The notes under the pieces were generated by a model that worked only from the letters and a program-made list of their open reading frames with translations, ran no database searches and was not told the DNA's origin. A stretch of DNA of 64,000 nt from Lingula anatina (taxonomy: Eukaryota; Animalia; Brachiopoda): contig CM120640.1 of NCBI GenBank assembly GCA_051362555.1, positions 51,314,788-51,378,787 of the forward strand, read 5' to 3'. This document shows positions 32,473 through 47,100 of the stretch, one piece after another. Position numbers and translations under genes: made by a program. Positions within the stretch are counted from its first letter, which is position 1. Each line of letters starts with the position of its first letter.

Positions 32473-34979
32473 TATTGTTTAGAACAAAAATTAGTCCAGT
32501 TGTGTTAACTTGTGCAGATATCCTAGGATTACCTTCTTCTATGATGCTTGATAATGTTTCATTATTGAAAACTTCCATTCTTCCAGCCGCTTTGTCTATC
32601 AAAGGAATTATATCACTTTGCTATTGGCCTTTTCATTGCATTGTCTCCTCTATTGACATCATGTAAGCTATTGTCATTGGCTCACGACAACTGCTATGCA
32701 TGGGACAGATCTCATAAGACAATTAAAATTATATAAAATGTGACAAGGTCTTCTATTATTGCACTGGGTGTTATTTATTCAATTTCATGAAATATCTATT
32801 TGAAGATAAGGTCCCAATGTTTAACAAAACTTATTTGGTCTTTTTATTGTGATATACAAAGATATTCAGAATGATAATTGAAATAAAAATGTAAAATGAA
32901 AGTAAATTTTGATGAGCAGAGATTCCAAATGCTGCAGACTTTTTTTGTGGAAAAAGCAGTCACACTTAATGAGGGCAATGTATACATGGCACTTCATTAA
33001 ATTCACCAATAGACAGCTCAATGCTAACTTAAAATTACCATAAATTTTAAAAATCATCCTCATTTGATACCTTTCAATCTTTTTAAATAGCAAAATGAGA
33101 AAAGATAAATTCAGAATGCGATTATCAAACAGAAGAATCTTTTTTACTTATGCTTTCAAGACATTTTGCTTCCTTGTGTAATTTGAACCTAGACAATGTT
33201 GTCACGTTGCATTTCATATGTTATACAGAAAGAGACAGTGCCTTGGCACTCAACTGTTGATCATGAGAATCTCAATTTTCACTTTAGAGAACCTAGATGT
33301 GCATATGTATCTAACACAATTCTCAAAAATATTTGCACTAAAATTAGCTGTGCATACCAGAAAATATATGATCTTTTTCTTTGCCAAAATCCAGTAAACT
33401 TTCTTTTAAAGGAAATCTATTAGTTCATGAGAATGGTTAAAAAATTGTCAGATTACAAGTTAGAGATATTCACTGCTAGAATAGTGGCCTATGCGGCAAT
33501 AAAACAAAAGTATTATAGCTATGGTAAACACATAACAGGATGCATATAAATTTTCTAACAAATTTATTAAATAAAATAAATTAGTTTCTGCCCAGCTTAA
33601 ATGCTGCTTTAAGTAAAAGGCTTGACATTAGGCTGGATATATTATTTTGCAAACTGTAACATCTAGTTTGATAACAATATAACGACAACAGCCCTGTACA
33701 AAAAATGAAAAACTCGATGAATTTTAATCATTAACATGGATATACGTAAATGTGAACTTTTTGCCTCCATACATATTGTCAGTTGGCTTGGATAAATATA
33801 TTTAATGAAATGTGCACATGTGAAAGCAGTTACTTTTCTTACACAATGAAATTTTGTAAACGATAACAAGAACTGACTGATATATTGTAAAACCTTTATA
33901 TACCACTTTCATTACTCCAACATATCACTCAACAGAATAAAAGAATAATATATGAGAAATCTTCAGACAGCTAAAAATTACCACAGTGACTGTTGTAGCA
34001 TGTTTCTCTGCTACTGCATACTTACAGCAGGTGCTCATAAAGGCCCAAAAATGTTAAAACTTTAGTCTTTATAATCATGTACATTAAGGAGATAAACTTA
34101 ATATGCACAATATATTTCAATGTTGCTGTTAAACCAGTTCAGGTTTACAAGACTTGTAGGAACAATTTTTCTGCTAGCATTCCAATAACATTTTACCCAC
34201 AACCACAATCTTAGCAATATCACTGAATACTCCTTTGCAGCCATCTTATGGCTTCCACAAAGAAAAGGCAAAAGGTTGTCTTAAATTTATTACAATTACA
34301 AACTGAAGCCAGAATGGATGGTTTTATACACCATCATTTGCTCACAACAGGTCAGCCTACACTTAATTGAGCCAATAAAAAATAAATAGTACAAAAAAAG
34401 ATTAACTGTTACAAATGGGTATTTGATACAGTAAAAGAATAGAGGTGCTTTTAGTTTTCTTTTTTCTTCAACATGTCAACATATTGAATGTGTTATGAAG
34501 TCAATATTCTACAATGTAACTTAAGACTTTTGGAATGATAAAATCTAAATATATCACTTTGAAGAGCTAACTTCTATTACATGTGTTCCAAATTTAATAT
34601 TAGTTGATATAAAATCAGCCCAGTTCAGTGCAGTTCAACACAATATGAAAAAAGGGCTTTCCAAACATCTAAGAACATTAAAGTTATTTGTTTATCATGT
34701 TATTATGGTTATAAAACATTCCAAAAGTGTCACAAAAAGTGTAGCAGTAGAAAAAAATTAACATTACATTCATTGGCTCATTGTGTCATAAGGACTTTTG
34801 CACTGTGTACAGCTTGTGCAGATAGACGTTTTTTAACAACTACTATACTCTCACTGATGTGCATACATACATAAATAGGTCCACTATTGTAAAGAAGCAT
34901 CATGCATGTGTTCTAAATACACCACAACTCTGTGAACCATGTGGGATGTTGAGAATGTGCCTTCTCATTAACTTTGTAT

Positions 34980-35134
34980 TCATTTTCTTTTGATTTGTAA
35001 GGTGACCTTTCCTTCTGGTAAGGACTTGAGCATATTCCATGCTTGATAATGTGTCATTTTAGTCAAGTTTTTGCCATTGATTGTCCTCAATTCATCACCT
35101 GTCCTAAGAACTCCACTTCTCTCAGCTGATCCAC
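34980..35134 (-). CDS. Multi-PDZ gene last coding exon
   Basis: [50 protein letters not shown]. Confidence 0.93.
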
Positions 35135-38100
35135 CTGAAATCAATGACGGTATATTAGCTTTATCTGAAGTTATCTGCAACATTTCAACAACAAACACAG
35201 AAGCCATCTCTTTCCTGCATAAATATTTAAAAAAATTTTTTTAATATTATAAGAAAGTTCTAAAAACTTTTAAAAATATACAAAAAAAAACAAGAAATTA
35301 ACAAAATATTCACCAGTAAAGGTATATTCAATGTAATAGCTAATTCCTTATCATGGTATAATACATTAAGACCCAAACATGCAAAGCCAAGACTGTCTTT
35401 CAACAGCCACACTTTCATGTCATTTGTTGTTACATAATAAAATTATTTAATTTTTTCTAAAAGAATGGAATATATTATGCTTAATCCATACATAACATCT
35501 AAAAGGGGTGTAAATGTTTAGGCCCTACATACAAAAATAAATGTATTTCATACCACACTTTAGCATAAGTAAAATCCCAATGTAAAAGTTTTTTTCTTAA
35601 TCTGTAACATAAACTGATCTATTTATAAAAAGAATATAAGTTTCTATTGAATTGTAAATAATTTGGCAGTTTTTTTGTTTGTTTGTTTGTTTGTTTATTA
35701 AGGTTATTGTACCTTTGAAAATCCTTTTTACAGTGATTGGCCTATCCCCCAATGGGGAATCTTTGCCACCCTCTAAACAGAAGCCCAAGCCAGTAACACC
35801 TTTGGTCATTTCAACTTCAATCAAGCTATCTGACAACCCAGGCTCTGAATGAAACAAAATAAAACGTATAAAATAAACCAAGAAGCAAAAATGTACTGAT
35901 CCTCTTCATAATGTACAGTTGAAGACGAGGTCTACTTAAAATGACTGAGAATAGAATTTGGAACCACCATGATTCTTAATCCAAATCATATCTCTTAATC
36001 CAAAAGGACAAAATATGCCACAATATAAAGAGGATACCTTCATGAAATCATCAGATAAACTGAACATGCATTTAAAGGCATCAGCAGAAGATATGAATAA
36101 TTCAAGCAAAGTGCATCAATTTTTAAAACAAAAGCAGAACGGAAAAGATCAATAATAATAATAATTCACAGAATCAGACATTTAAATAAAATTTGCTTTC
36201 AGAATTTCTAAAACAGATTATTAGTGATTATCAGAAATGTGTTACCATTTCTGTTTTGAGACCGTGTAAATAACTAAAATCTGTTCTGATATATGAGGAT
36301 AGATTCAGACAATTATTTATCTTAAAAGCTAGTAATGAACTCCACATATTCCCCATTTTGCTAAAATGCACTATGATAAAATAAAAGGTACAGTGATAAA
36401 CATCAAATATTTACCCTCTTTTTTAACTTCCATTGTATTATCCAACTCCCCTTTAAAATCTTCTCCTGTTCTGGAAAGGACCAATACCAATGGCTGCTTG
36501 TGGGTGCGTAACAGGCGCTGTGCTTCTGTGACACCAACATTGATCAAGCGTTTGCCACTTATGGACAGTAAATGATCACCTTTCTGAATGCGGCCATCTT
36601 CATCAGCAAGACTGTGTGGAGTTACATGATCCACCTGCATACGGCAAAACAATCAGGGAGATATATTCAGGAGTATTTTATTTTATACAAAGCATTAAGA
36701 TATAAAAAAATTCTTGAATACATATGTTCACTGAATGGGCAACTTGATAAACATTAGCAAGTTACAAACTGTAATACCTCCTGGTGGGGTATACAAATAC
36801 AACACTCTTTCTACTTCTATGTTAGGGATAAGTACTTAAGTTATCAGAGAAAAAAGAATGCCAAAAAAAAAGGAAAACCACAAGTTTCCTATTAAGTGAA
36901 AACATCCTAAATGGTGGGAAAAAAAGACATCCACCAACTCACCAACAGTCCTCCAGCTCCATCCACAGCAGTTAACTGGACACCCAGCAGCTGCCCTATC
37001 TCCCTGTGTAACACACACACAATGATGTGGTTGTCATCAGGGGCTCCTGCCTCATCCAAGGACTGGTTGGCATCTTCCAGTAGCGACTGCAGTTCTTCTG
37101 CTGGTATCTGACTACAGATGGACACATCAGATAAATTAGATGGAGATCTCCTCATGGGATCGCCTTGCTGGGACACAGAGGCCAGATCATACTCACTCAA
37201 GTTTGATGCAATAGACCAGCTTCTTTTACTCCTAGCTGTATTCATACTAAGACTGTCACTGTAGCTACTGCTTGGTGACAGCAGAGCCAGTCTCGATATT
37301 GTGCTCCCTTTTCTGCTCAGATCCACATCAGATTTTACCATGGTTGGAAACTGATCATCAAGATTTGTTTCTACATCCACCAGAGGAACTCCAGGTAAAA
37401 CCTTAGAACTTGCGAAACTGTCTGTTTCAATAATACTGTTGGGTCTACTTCCAATGAAGAAAATTTTTGATTCGTCTTCTGATTCATCTGAAGACTCCAT
37501 TTGTGTGGGATAGTCAGTAGTTTCCAATGCAGGGGGTGGACAAGATGGAAGGGGCGGTGAGGACATAGGCAGAGGAGGAGGTGAATCTGAACTCTCTCTG
37601 GATGTTGGTGGAGATTTTTGATAACTCAAAAGGACAGGAGTGCGCTCAGTCTTAAATTCATTATTTCCAGCAGAAGTCTGTTGGCTTGGCTTGTCGACAT
37701 GGGAATTATGTCCATGTCCATTTTTATCAGCTGTCTGCTTGCCTTCTTTATGTGATGGAAATGGAGTAAACTTTTTCAGTGGCTTTAAAATGGGCATGGT
37801 TGAAGTATTATGGGATTCTTTAGTTCCTGTTTTTTCTGGAATAACAGTTGGTTCTTTTCTTTTAGCTGCAGGTATGTCCGCAACTGCCTCCTTCTGCTGG
37901 GATGTACTGCCTAATTTATCAGATGCTTGACTTTGGAATTTCAGATTTTCAGAAGAATGTTGCACTATTTTTCTGGGCAATTCAGGGGTATCTTCATAAA
38001 GTGTTGTAAATGGTCCAGTTTTCTTTTTGGCTTCACCTGACTCAGTATTGTTGCAAGTAATGGAATCCTCTGAATTGGTTATGTTTTCAGTTTTCAGCTG

Positions 38101-41100
38101 TTTATCCACAAAAGCTTGCAACCTGTCAAAACTTGGTGACAAACTTTTTATATGGTTTGGGCTTTTTTCTGGACTTTTGCTGGGTGATTTCACTGGACTG
38201 TACAGTATCTGAGTAAATGGTTTGGGCTCTTGTTTTGGTGATACCTCCTGCCTTGGACTTGTCTTGTAGAAAGTGGGTCCTTCTTCGCCCTCTGGTGGCA
38301 ATCTTGGATATTCTGGAACAGGGCTTTCTGAAGTATCAGAACTACTCACGCTACTAGAGTCTGATAATGACTTGTGAACATATTGTTTCCCTAATGGGGA
38401 CTGCCTTTCCAGTAACTTTTGCAAAGGTGTTGAGGAATTTTCTTTTGTTGGCGATATGTTCCTCACATGCTCCTTGTTCTCTGAGAATTTTTCCTTTTTC
38501 TGCAGCACTATGGGTTTGTGAGATGTAACTGTGATCCCTGCTTGCTGTGTTATATCTGTTTTAACTCCTAGAGGGGAAGTGGATTCTGTCCTTGTAGACA
38601 CCTGCTCTTTATCTTGATGGCCAACTGGCACTTTTAGTTCAACTTCAGATATTGTGTTTATAGACCCTGAAAGTAAATTTCAATTTGTTATATGCTCCTC
38701 TTGAAAAACAATTTCGGGATCTACTACAAATGGTGATGATTCCTGTTATGGACCATCAAAATATACCACATGAATATTATGGTGTTCCTCAGTAAACAGG
38801 TGGTGGCTAGTACTGAAATACCCATTTTCAGGATATCCCATATAAAGAAAACTTGCCTTGAGGCGAGAATCAGCACAAACTACACCATAAATTATCATGA
38901 AGTATATGTCTTATAGTAGTATAATATAGCTGCCACCCCTATCATATCAATTACACATACCTTCTTCTGCTTTGGCAGCTAAGAATACAAGACGAATGAT
39001 CCCTCTGGGCAAGAACTTTAACAACTGCTCTAGCTTTGTAGTCGACTGTCCAGCAGTGCTTTGACCATTCACTGACAGTAAAATGTCCCCAGTTCTGAAA
39101 TGGACAGTCACAAAATATCATAGTTCAAAAGCCTACTAAAAAACAATACATAAAGCAATATTATTATATAATGTCAAAGTATTTCATCAGAGAGAGACTA
39201 AAACAGAGACTAAAAAGTTAATCATTTAATTGTATAACTTTCACAATATAGGTGATTTTATTTATAAATTGAAAACAAAACACATATCTTCTATGCATTG
39301 TGTCATGCCTTAAATTGCATGAAACAGAATATAAAACTAAATGTATTTGATAGTGATGCTGAAACGCAATGTACTAATCACAGGCTCTTAAACTCAAACT
39401 AATCTTCTTTTTCTAAATATCCCTTTATACTTTAGTCAACATTAAAAACATGCTAACTTCCATCCCAATATGCAATACAATCCCAATACATACTAGGTTT
39501 GACTGCTAAACACAAGTAAAATTCTTTCAACAACTTCACAAGTACAACAAAACAGCAAGAAGTGTCAGTTTACTTTTGAATACTAGTAATGTGAAACCAT
39601 CAATCATATGTCCCAATCTTATTCCACTTATGATAATATGATTTATTGACAGTTCTTTATATGCAAATATATAAATGAATAAATTGTGTAAATCTGCACA
39701 GAACTATATGTGTAAGATATTTACACAACATAAAAACACCTTGCTATCACTAGTTATATAATCTACTAGAAGTGCTACTAATTAAGTGTTTATGTCCAAT
39801 TTTATGTGGATGTTCATTTTAGTTCTAACAGAGTGGAAGTAAAAAGGCTGTTCTCCCTTGATGTCAGAAAAAGGAAGAACAGCAGTCTCAAGGTTAAACT
39901 CACCTTATCTGTCCATTTTTTCCAATAGGTCCTGTTTTCTGAATTTCAGTAACCACAGCTTTACCGTCTGGGTTGACTTCTACTTTCAGTCCTAATCCAA
40001 GAATACCTGAAAGAAAAATGGCATCTGTCAGAGTCTAGACCAATCCTATGCTATTCAGGCCAACTTACATATACTATTGAGCAAGGGTTAAACGTGGCTT
40101 AAAAAAGTGCTTGAACACCTTAGGGGTTATTCAGCATAATTTGTCACCGTATCTCCAATCATTATCAAATCTATTTTCTGTAGCAAGATTACAAGTATAT
40201 TAAGTGAACTTCTTCGCTTAAGTTCAATTCCAGGCTGCTAAGTCAACATATTTCTCAGTTCTCTTTGATATACATTTTTCAATCTTTGATAGTTTGTTAA
40301 CCATACTAATCTTTAATATGAAAGTCAATTATCCAACTCTTTCACTAGATAAAAAAACCCTTATCCTATATTCACATCAAACTGCCAAACCTTGATGCAC
40401 TTCCTGGTACACAAATGTCAAGCATTTTTACAGAAATTTCCATAATTTATAAATACAGCTGCTGGTCAATCTACACTACAGCTCTTGTGATTACATTAAA
40501 TTTTATTCCAAATGATTCCTTTTTACATCAACCATCCACCTATCTTAAGTTAACATATCCTGTTATATTTCAAAATGTCCTTTCCTAAATGAAATATTCA
40601 TTAAACGAAGCAGACCTTGAGTAAACCTTACTTGATCTCTGTCTCTTGCTAATATATTGCACATATGATATCATATCTACCTTAAATGTGTCGCCATAAG
40701 CCCTCAGTTTTCACCAAAACAGCATGACCCAACTCTGATATTTGATGTGAAACTTATTATACTGACATGTTTGTACGGTAAGATTGTTATTCCAATAGCA
40801 AAAAAGGAATTTGATTGATAACATCTGCAACATTCATCAGCCATCCTACTTTGCACAATACATTTGTTATTGATCTTAAAAATTATCACAAAAAGCTTAC
40901 CTCCATAATAATATGCATGACCTAGCTACTACACCAATGCCATAAAACCCTACCTGCTGTCTATGTATAATAATTCTCTCAATATGGAGATACAATTGTC
41001 ATATTCCCATAGATTCATGTGTCAATGTCCCAAGGGCAGAGTGACTACGCGTTTACCAAGAGTATGCATAAACCATAAACCATAAAAATTATCCACATAG

Positions 41101-44100
41101 GTATTATAGTCGAGAATAAAAACACCATGATGCTGGTTTTCCCTTCAAGTTAAGTTGCACTATCTTAAACTGGATGAGGTAAGCTTAATTCAAAGGAAGC
41201 AATTCTAACCATATTATGAAGCTGTCACATAGTTCACTTCACCCCACCTGTCCCCGGCTGTGTACTTCTCTCTTTTATACACTTCAACTGATAACAATGC
41301 AGAAGAAAAATGCAAGGCATTCGTGACTTCCGTGGAGAGAATGTAATCTCATTCCAGAAAAAAATTGATACCTCTCTCAATTGAAGTGATTCTTAAATAC
41401 CTTCTGCCACTTTGTGTGTGTGTGAGTGTGCGTTTTTTTTTTTTTTTCTTTTTTGAGAGAGATAATATTTTGATATATAACACTAATACATGTGCATCAA
41501 ATTTTGTTTTTCTTTGAGGCAGTATTTTGACACACACCATGCTTAGATCTGCACGAAAATACTGATAAGTATCAGGATGCTTTCAAACATGCCACTTCAA
41601 GTACAAGTTATTCAGTTCACTGACGTCTTAAAAACTTAGATGGTTAAGATATGAAACACTATTTATTTGAATTTATTAATACATGCCATATTTAGTGTCT
41701 TTTTGAACAATTCACAATCCATAGTCATTTTATAGCAACTTGTTCAAGTGTCACAAACAAAAAGACCTGCTTCTGCGTAACAGATTTGTAAAGCAATGGT
41801 TTTTGCTAAACAATTTTTTTATATGAAAGTATACATGTGGCACAAAAGCACACTAATCTCACAACTGCTCTGATAAGTTAACTACATGTCAGAATCAATT
41901 CAAACTCAAAAATACAATGCTCACATTAAGTGCCTTGCTTTTAGGGTAATTTCCTACTATAGACAAAGTTTAAAATTTACTCACACAGTTCACTGTAACA
42001 AATTTAAAGACACCTTTTCCTAAGCATCACTAAATGTCTTATCAATTATTTAATTCAGATATATTCAAAATGACCCCTGCATAACTGACAGTTTCCCATA
42101 TTTTTAAACTAAAAGTCTATACAATTATCAGGCAGAAAATGATAACTCTTGCTTTTTGTTGAATAATCATGCCATAAAACCCTAATCTGTTTTAGAAACA
42201 CTTTAGAAGCCATATTTCAGCTGAGTACTCTATAAAGTCATCAGGCATTTTCAGAAACTTCATAAGTATTTTAGTGCTGGTAAATTAAATGAGATTACTA
42301 ATTTGGGACAATAATTATAAAGCCAGATAAAAATATGTACTTAAAGGTTACTCGATATGGAATTTAAAACTGCAAAGCTAACATCAGTTGTACAGATTAC
42401 ATATACAAGAAACACATACTGCTATAAAGCAACATCAAGGCAAAAGTAATTTCATTAAGTACATTTCACTGAACAGTTTATATATTCAGACAAGGAATTT
42501 CTTTAAGAGTACATCATAAATCTGAAAGTTTTTAAAGATTGTTACCTTTCAGGACATCAATCTGAAAAGCTTGGTCGGGTGATCTTTTTTGGAATACCAC
42601 TGGCTGGATGGCACTCTTTTCACTCCATTTTCTTGCAGAGGTGGTCCAAGCTGGTGTTGATCTGACAGATGCTGCACCAGTAGTTGGTTGAAAACTGAGA
42701 GGCTTAGCTTTCAGTAAAGCTGGCTTGGGGTCAGATTTTACTTCAGAATCAGATGGCTGTTCTGGCCATTTGGAACTTCCTTCCTGTGATTTTCTCTGGG
42801 CTAAATACCCACTTAAAGTCAGTGGCCTTTTCAGTTGCAGTGGCTTTACCAGAGGCATAGTAATTGGTTGTGCAGAAGTTTTGCCTTCTTCAGAATCTGT
42901 CGTATTTGAAGCAGACGCCATTTCTACTAGGGGCTGCTCTGCTTGTTCTATGACCTCTTCTTTAGTCATTGAGGCTGGGTGGAAAAGTTTGGAATCAAAG
43001 TCTAAGTCATAGTTAAATTGTGTCCCAGTTTGATCTTGTTGCTCTGTGTTTGTCACTTGTTGTTTTTGTAAGAGGGTTTCCCATTGCTTGGAGTAGTCAG
43101 ATTCAGTTTTGTCCTGATTTTCAGTTTCGGAGTCAAAATCCAAGATGTCACCTTCTGTAAATTTGTTTTCCATCCCTTCATGAAAAAATTCAATGGTTTC
43201 TTCTTGAGACTCAACAGACATTTCTGTCAAAAGAGGAAAGCGAAATTTGCTTGCTTCATTTTCAACATTCCAATTTTGGCATGTTATATCATCACTAGCA
43301 TTAATTATATTAAATGTATTATCTGGGCCAGTGTCATGTATATCAGTTAATAGTTCACTTGCATCATGCAATGCACTCTTTGGTTTTTCATTAAAAGAAT
43401 CTGGGGGAGGGATGATCATTTCCAAGACTTGTGGATCTTGTTCTTTTGGATTTACAATAAATTCAACAGGAGGAGGACCTGAACTGGGAAGTGGCGGGAT
43501 ATAGTCATCTGAGTCACTGTCACTATTAGATCCAGCAGTTATTTCCGTGGCACTTTCAGGGAGAAAGGTAGAATTATTCAAGTCAGTCGTGTTGCTAATC
43601 ATGGCAGTAGACACTTTTTGGGTTGGTTGGTCAGTATTTATTACCACAGGTATTTGGTCTTCGTTATAATCCTGTTGCTTAACTTCTTTTATTAGTTCTA
43701 ATATGCTTTTCTTGCTGTTTGGGGACGATTTTTGTTTATTGCTCTCAGATGTTGCAGTTACTTCCTCTGGGGAAGCTATATCACTTGCCATTGAACAGTT
43801 TGTTCCTTTCAAACCAGCACCCTGTTTGTCAGCAGTATGTCTTGAATCAAACTCATCATAGTTTGACAACTCTTCAGTTTCATCTTCCTCTGTGACTTCA
43901 CTGAGTGTCAGTGGCTCACTTACTTCAAAATGGGGAAGACCGTGACGAGGGAGAGATTCAAGAGAGAAGTCATCCGACATTTCAATGACTCTGTCCCCAA
44001 TGTCCGTAAGTCCATCGACTTCACTTTCTTCAGTGTCCATCTGCTCCATTTCCAGTAAGTGATCATACAAACTACTGCTGTCATCTGAGAATTCTTCCAT

Positions 44101-47100
44101 AGTTTTGAATTCTTGTCCCTTGTGAAACCCCTTTTCACAAGAAGGATCTCTTTTTTGTGATACAGTATTTGTAATTAAGATTTCACTCTCAGGTTTTTGA
44201 CTTTCCTGGCATGAGTGATGGGATGATGGAGTGAGATTTTCAAGATCAAACTCCTTTTCAAGCCTCTCAAAAGGGCTGATGAGTTTGTGATGAAAGTTAG
44301 ATATTGGGGTTAGTGTTCCAGGAACAGGAGAACCTATTGTATCAAATGCATCTTCTTCTTCTGCATTAGCAAGTTTTGTAATGTCTTCTATTGTTTCTTT
44401 ACTTTGCTCTTTATCAAAATCATCATAATAGGTGCTACTTTGTGGGAGATCATTTGGATCATAATCCTTAGCATCTTTGACCAAAGTTTTATCTTGTGAC
44501 TCCTCATCATCTCCTTCCTTACCTAAATGCATGCATTCAGTCTGAGATTCATCCTCTGAGCTGATGTCCAAAATGTCATCAATATTTGTTGCCAAGACAC
44601 CTTTCTCTCCATCTGGGACCTGATTCTGTTCAGATGTGACACATGTATAAGAATCTTTTTGCAATGGAGTTTGGCAGTCTTCACCTTGCTTTGCTTTCAC
44701 AGCTGCACCAAAAGGCGTAATGGAGATAGGAGCTACAAACACTTCTCTGACTTCCTCATCACTGTCTGAATCACGGCTGGTGTAAATAACACTTGACAGC
44801 ATTTTTGTACCTTGAATACTTTCCCTATCTGCCCCTTTTTTCCAACTTGTAGACTGGACCTTGAACTGGCTGTCATCATGTAGATCACATTTTGACGAAT
44901 CTGTGGAGACGTCTTCCACATTTTCTCCATTCCCAAAGTTGTCCCTCAACAATGATAGCTTTACCTTTGTTTGAGCAAAGACAACACTGTGGTGTGGCTG
45001 ATCCTGCATGGCTGGTGACAAGTCTTCCAACTGCAGGGCATCTATGGACCTGTCTTCTGCTCCTACCACCTCCAAGTTCTTATGTGATTCTGCACCTGCG
45101 TTTTCTGAAGTATCTGGGTTTTTTGTTGTCATTGTGACATTGATGTCCATTGAAGGACAGAGATTGACTTGCCTTAATACTTTCAGGGTGACTTCACCAT
45201 AAGCATCATTGAGAGCATCCATGCATTCTGACTGTGTGAGTCCTTTCAGTGATATGCTGTTGCATGACACCAGCCTATCCCCCTCTCTCGGTTCACCTTT
45301 CTCTGCACACACACCGCTAGGCAGGACCCTTTTGACCTGTTAACAGAAGTAAGAAATCACAAGTGTGTCAATATTTTTCCATCGTGTGTACCCTTTCTAA
45401 ACCTTCACACCTGTTAACTTTCTTAGTGCCACTTCCTATGACAACAATTACCTTGGCAGGCTATTGTTGTCAGACAGTCTCATTCTTACAACAACTACAG
45501 GAAAAATAATAGAAAGTATTGTATGGGAACTGTAATGCTTAAGGACAAAAACATCATTTGATGATGAAAAGTTATCTTTAGTAAACATGCATTATTATTT
45601 TTATGAAAGTTAAGATGTATTTCAATATAAAATCATCACAAAATTTACAAAATTTCCAACTGACTTATTTAAAACTGAATGTCATAACTACATGTAGTCA
45701 TGGTCAATACATTTATCAAATAAAAGAGAAACATGTCGTCTATCCTACACCTGAAGTATAATTTCAGTTGTAATCCTCTCACTAAAGTCCTATCACATTT
45801 TAAATAAGCCAAATAATGAGGTCCCTACCTGACAGTATTCTCTGGTGGATCCATAACTTGGTACAATACTAATACCTAGACAGTCTTTGGGCCCCCTGTA
45901 GACATTGATACTGAGTAGAACATAGCCTTTGGGAATTTTCAAACCTTCCTCAACTGCTCCATCATCAGAATCATAGAACTGATTCTCTTCCATGGACTGA
46001 ATAGATGACAGGTCAGAATCTCGGTGGCCAATCCTGAGAGCATCAACAGATTCTGTGTCACTCTCTGTGAATTCACTCCCAGAATCGCCTGGTTTTAAGA
46101 TGTCATCGGATTCACTAGAGATGAATTGTTTTTCTACCCCACGTTTTATTGTCAGCATAACACGCAATGGAATTTCTTGAAAGTATGTAATGGCTTCAGA
46201 ATGAGTCATGTTTCTCAAAGATCGTCCGTTCACTTGTAAAATTTCATCTCCTGGGCATAAACCTTTCTCACTTCCTGAGGCCCGCTCAGCAGCACCCCCT
46301 GGTATCACATTCTTCACAAACACCCCTTTATTCAAAGAGCTTTCATCTGGAGCATCTTCAAAATGAAGTCCCATGCCCAATTTTTCACCAGGCAGACGGT
46401 GAAGCATTAACACTTCAACTTTTCTGTCATCCTCGTCAGATTCTGATTCAGTCTCTGTCTCTGTCTCAGATGAATCTTCATCAGAGCATTCCCCATACAT
46501 GCTGCCAAAATAATTTGCCTGCCTGGTCACATTATGCATATCTTCATAACAATTACCCTGTCGTTTAAGTTCTGCATCATTTTCTTCTGTTTGAGATAAA
46601 TTCTTATGCTTCATATCTCTTAAAATTTCCTTATTGGTTACATGCTTGATATCCCCATCCCTTTTGTCAAAGTCCTCTTGTGTCAGGGTGCCCCTCCTTG
46701 CTGTGTGCCCACCATAGTCCCCATCACTGAGGTCTGAATCAACAATTTCTGTAGCAGCACCTGGAGTAGATTCTCGTGAATCTGGATTTTGAGGTACATT
46801 AACTTTTTTGTGAGGGGACACCAAAAGGTTGGAAGTTTGTCCATGTTCAGGATTTGTTTGCTGATCAATTTTTTGACCAACTGGTTTAACATTGCTTTGG
46901 TCACTCAAATGAGAACTGTTTTGGGGTTCATCTGTCTGGTGAACATCTACTTCAGTAAATATTACTTCTTTTTCCTGGTACTTAATATCTGCAGGTGCTT
47001 GAAGTGGAGATTTTGTTCCATCAGCAGTTGCATGGACAGATGCTATAGCAAAGATTGCACTTTTTGCGGATAAACTTGGGCGTGACCTGAACATGTCGTC

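Noticed and set aside
32214-32666. 150-aa plus-strand ORF
   Set aside because: Contains a poly-T run read as poly-F; no recognisable domain or splice partners.
40007-42545. Internal promoter or alternative first exon for a pro-IL-16-like short isoform (CpG patches at ~41.0-41.6 kb; donors near 40631, 40680, 40900, 41400)
   Set aside because: None of the ATG-bearing candidates ends in phase 1 as exon 39904..40006 requires; unsupported without RNA data.
36911-47073. Numerous short plus-strand and alternative-frame ORFs over the giant PDZ exons
   Set aside because: Expected shadows of long coding exons; no independent coding signal.
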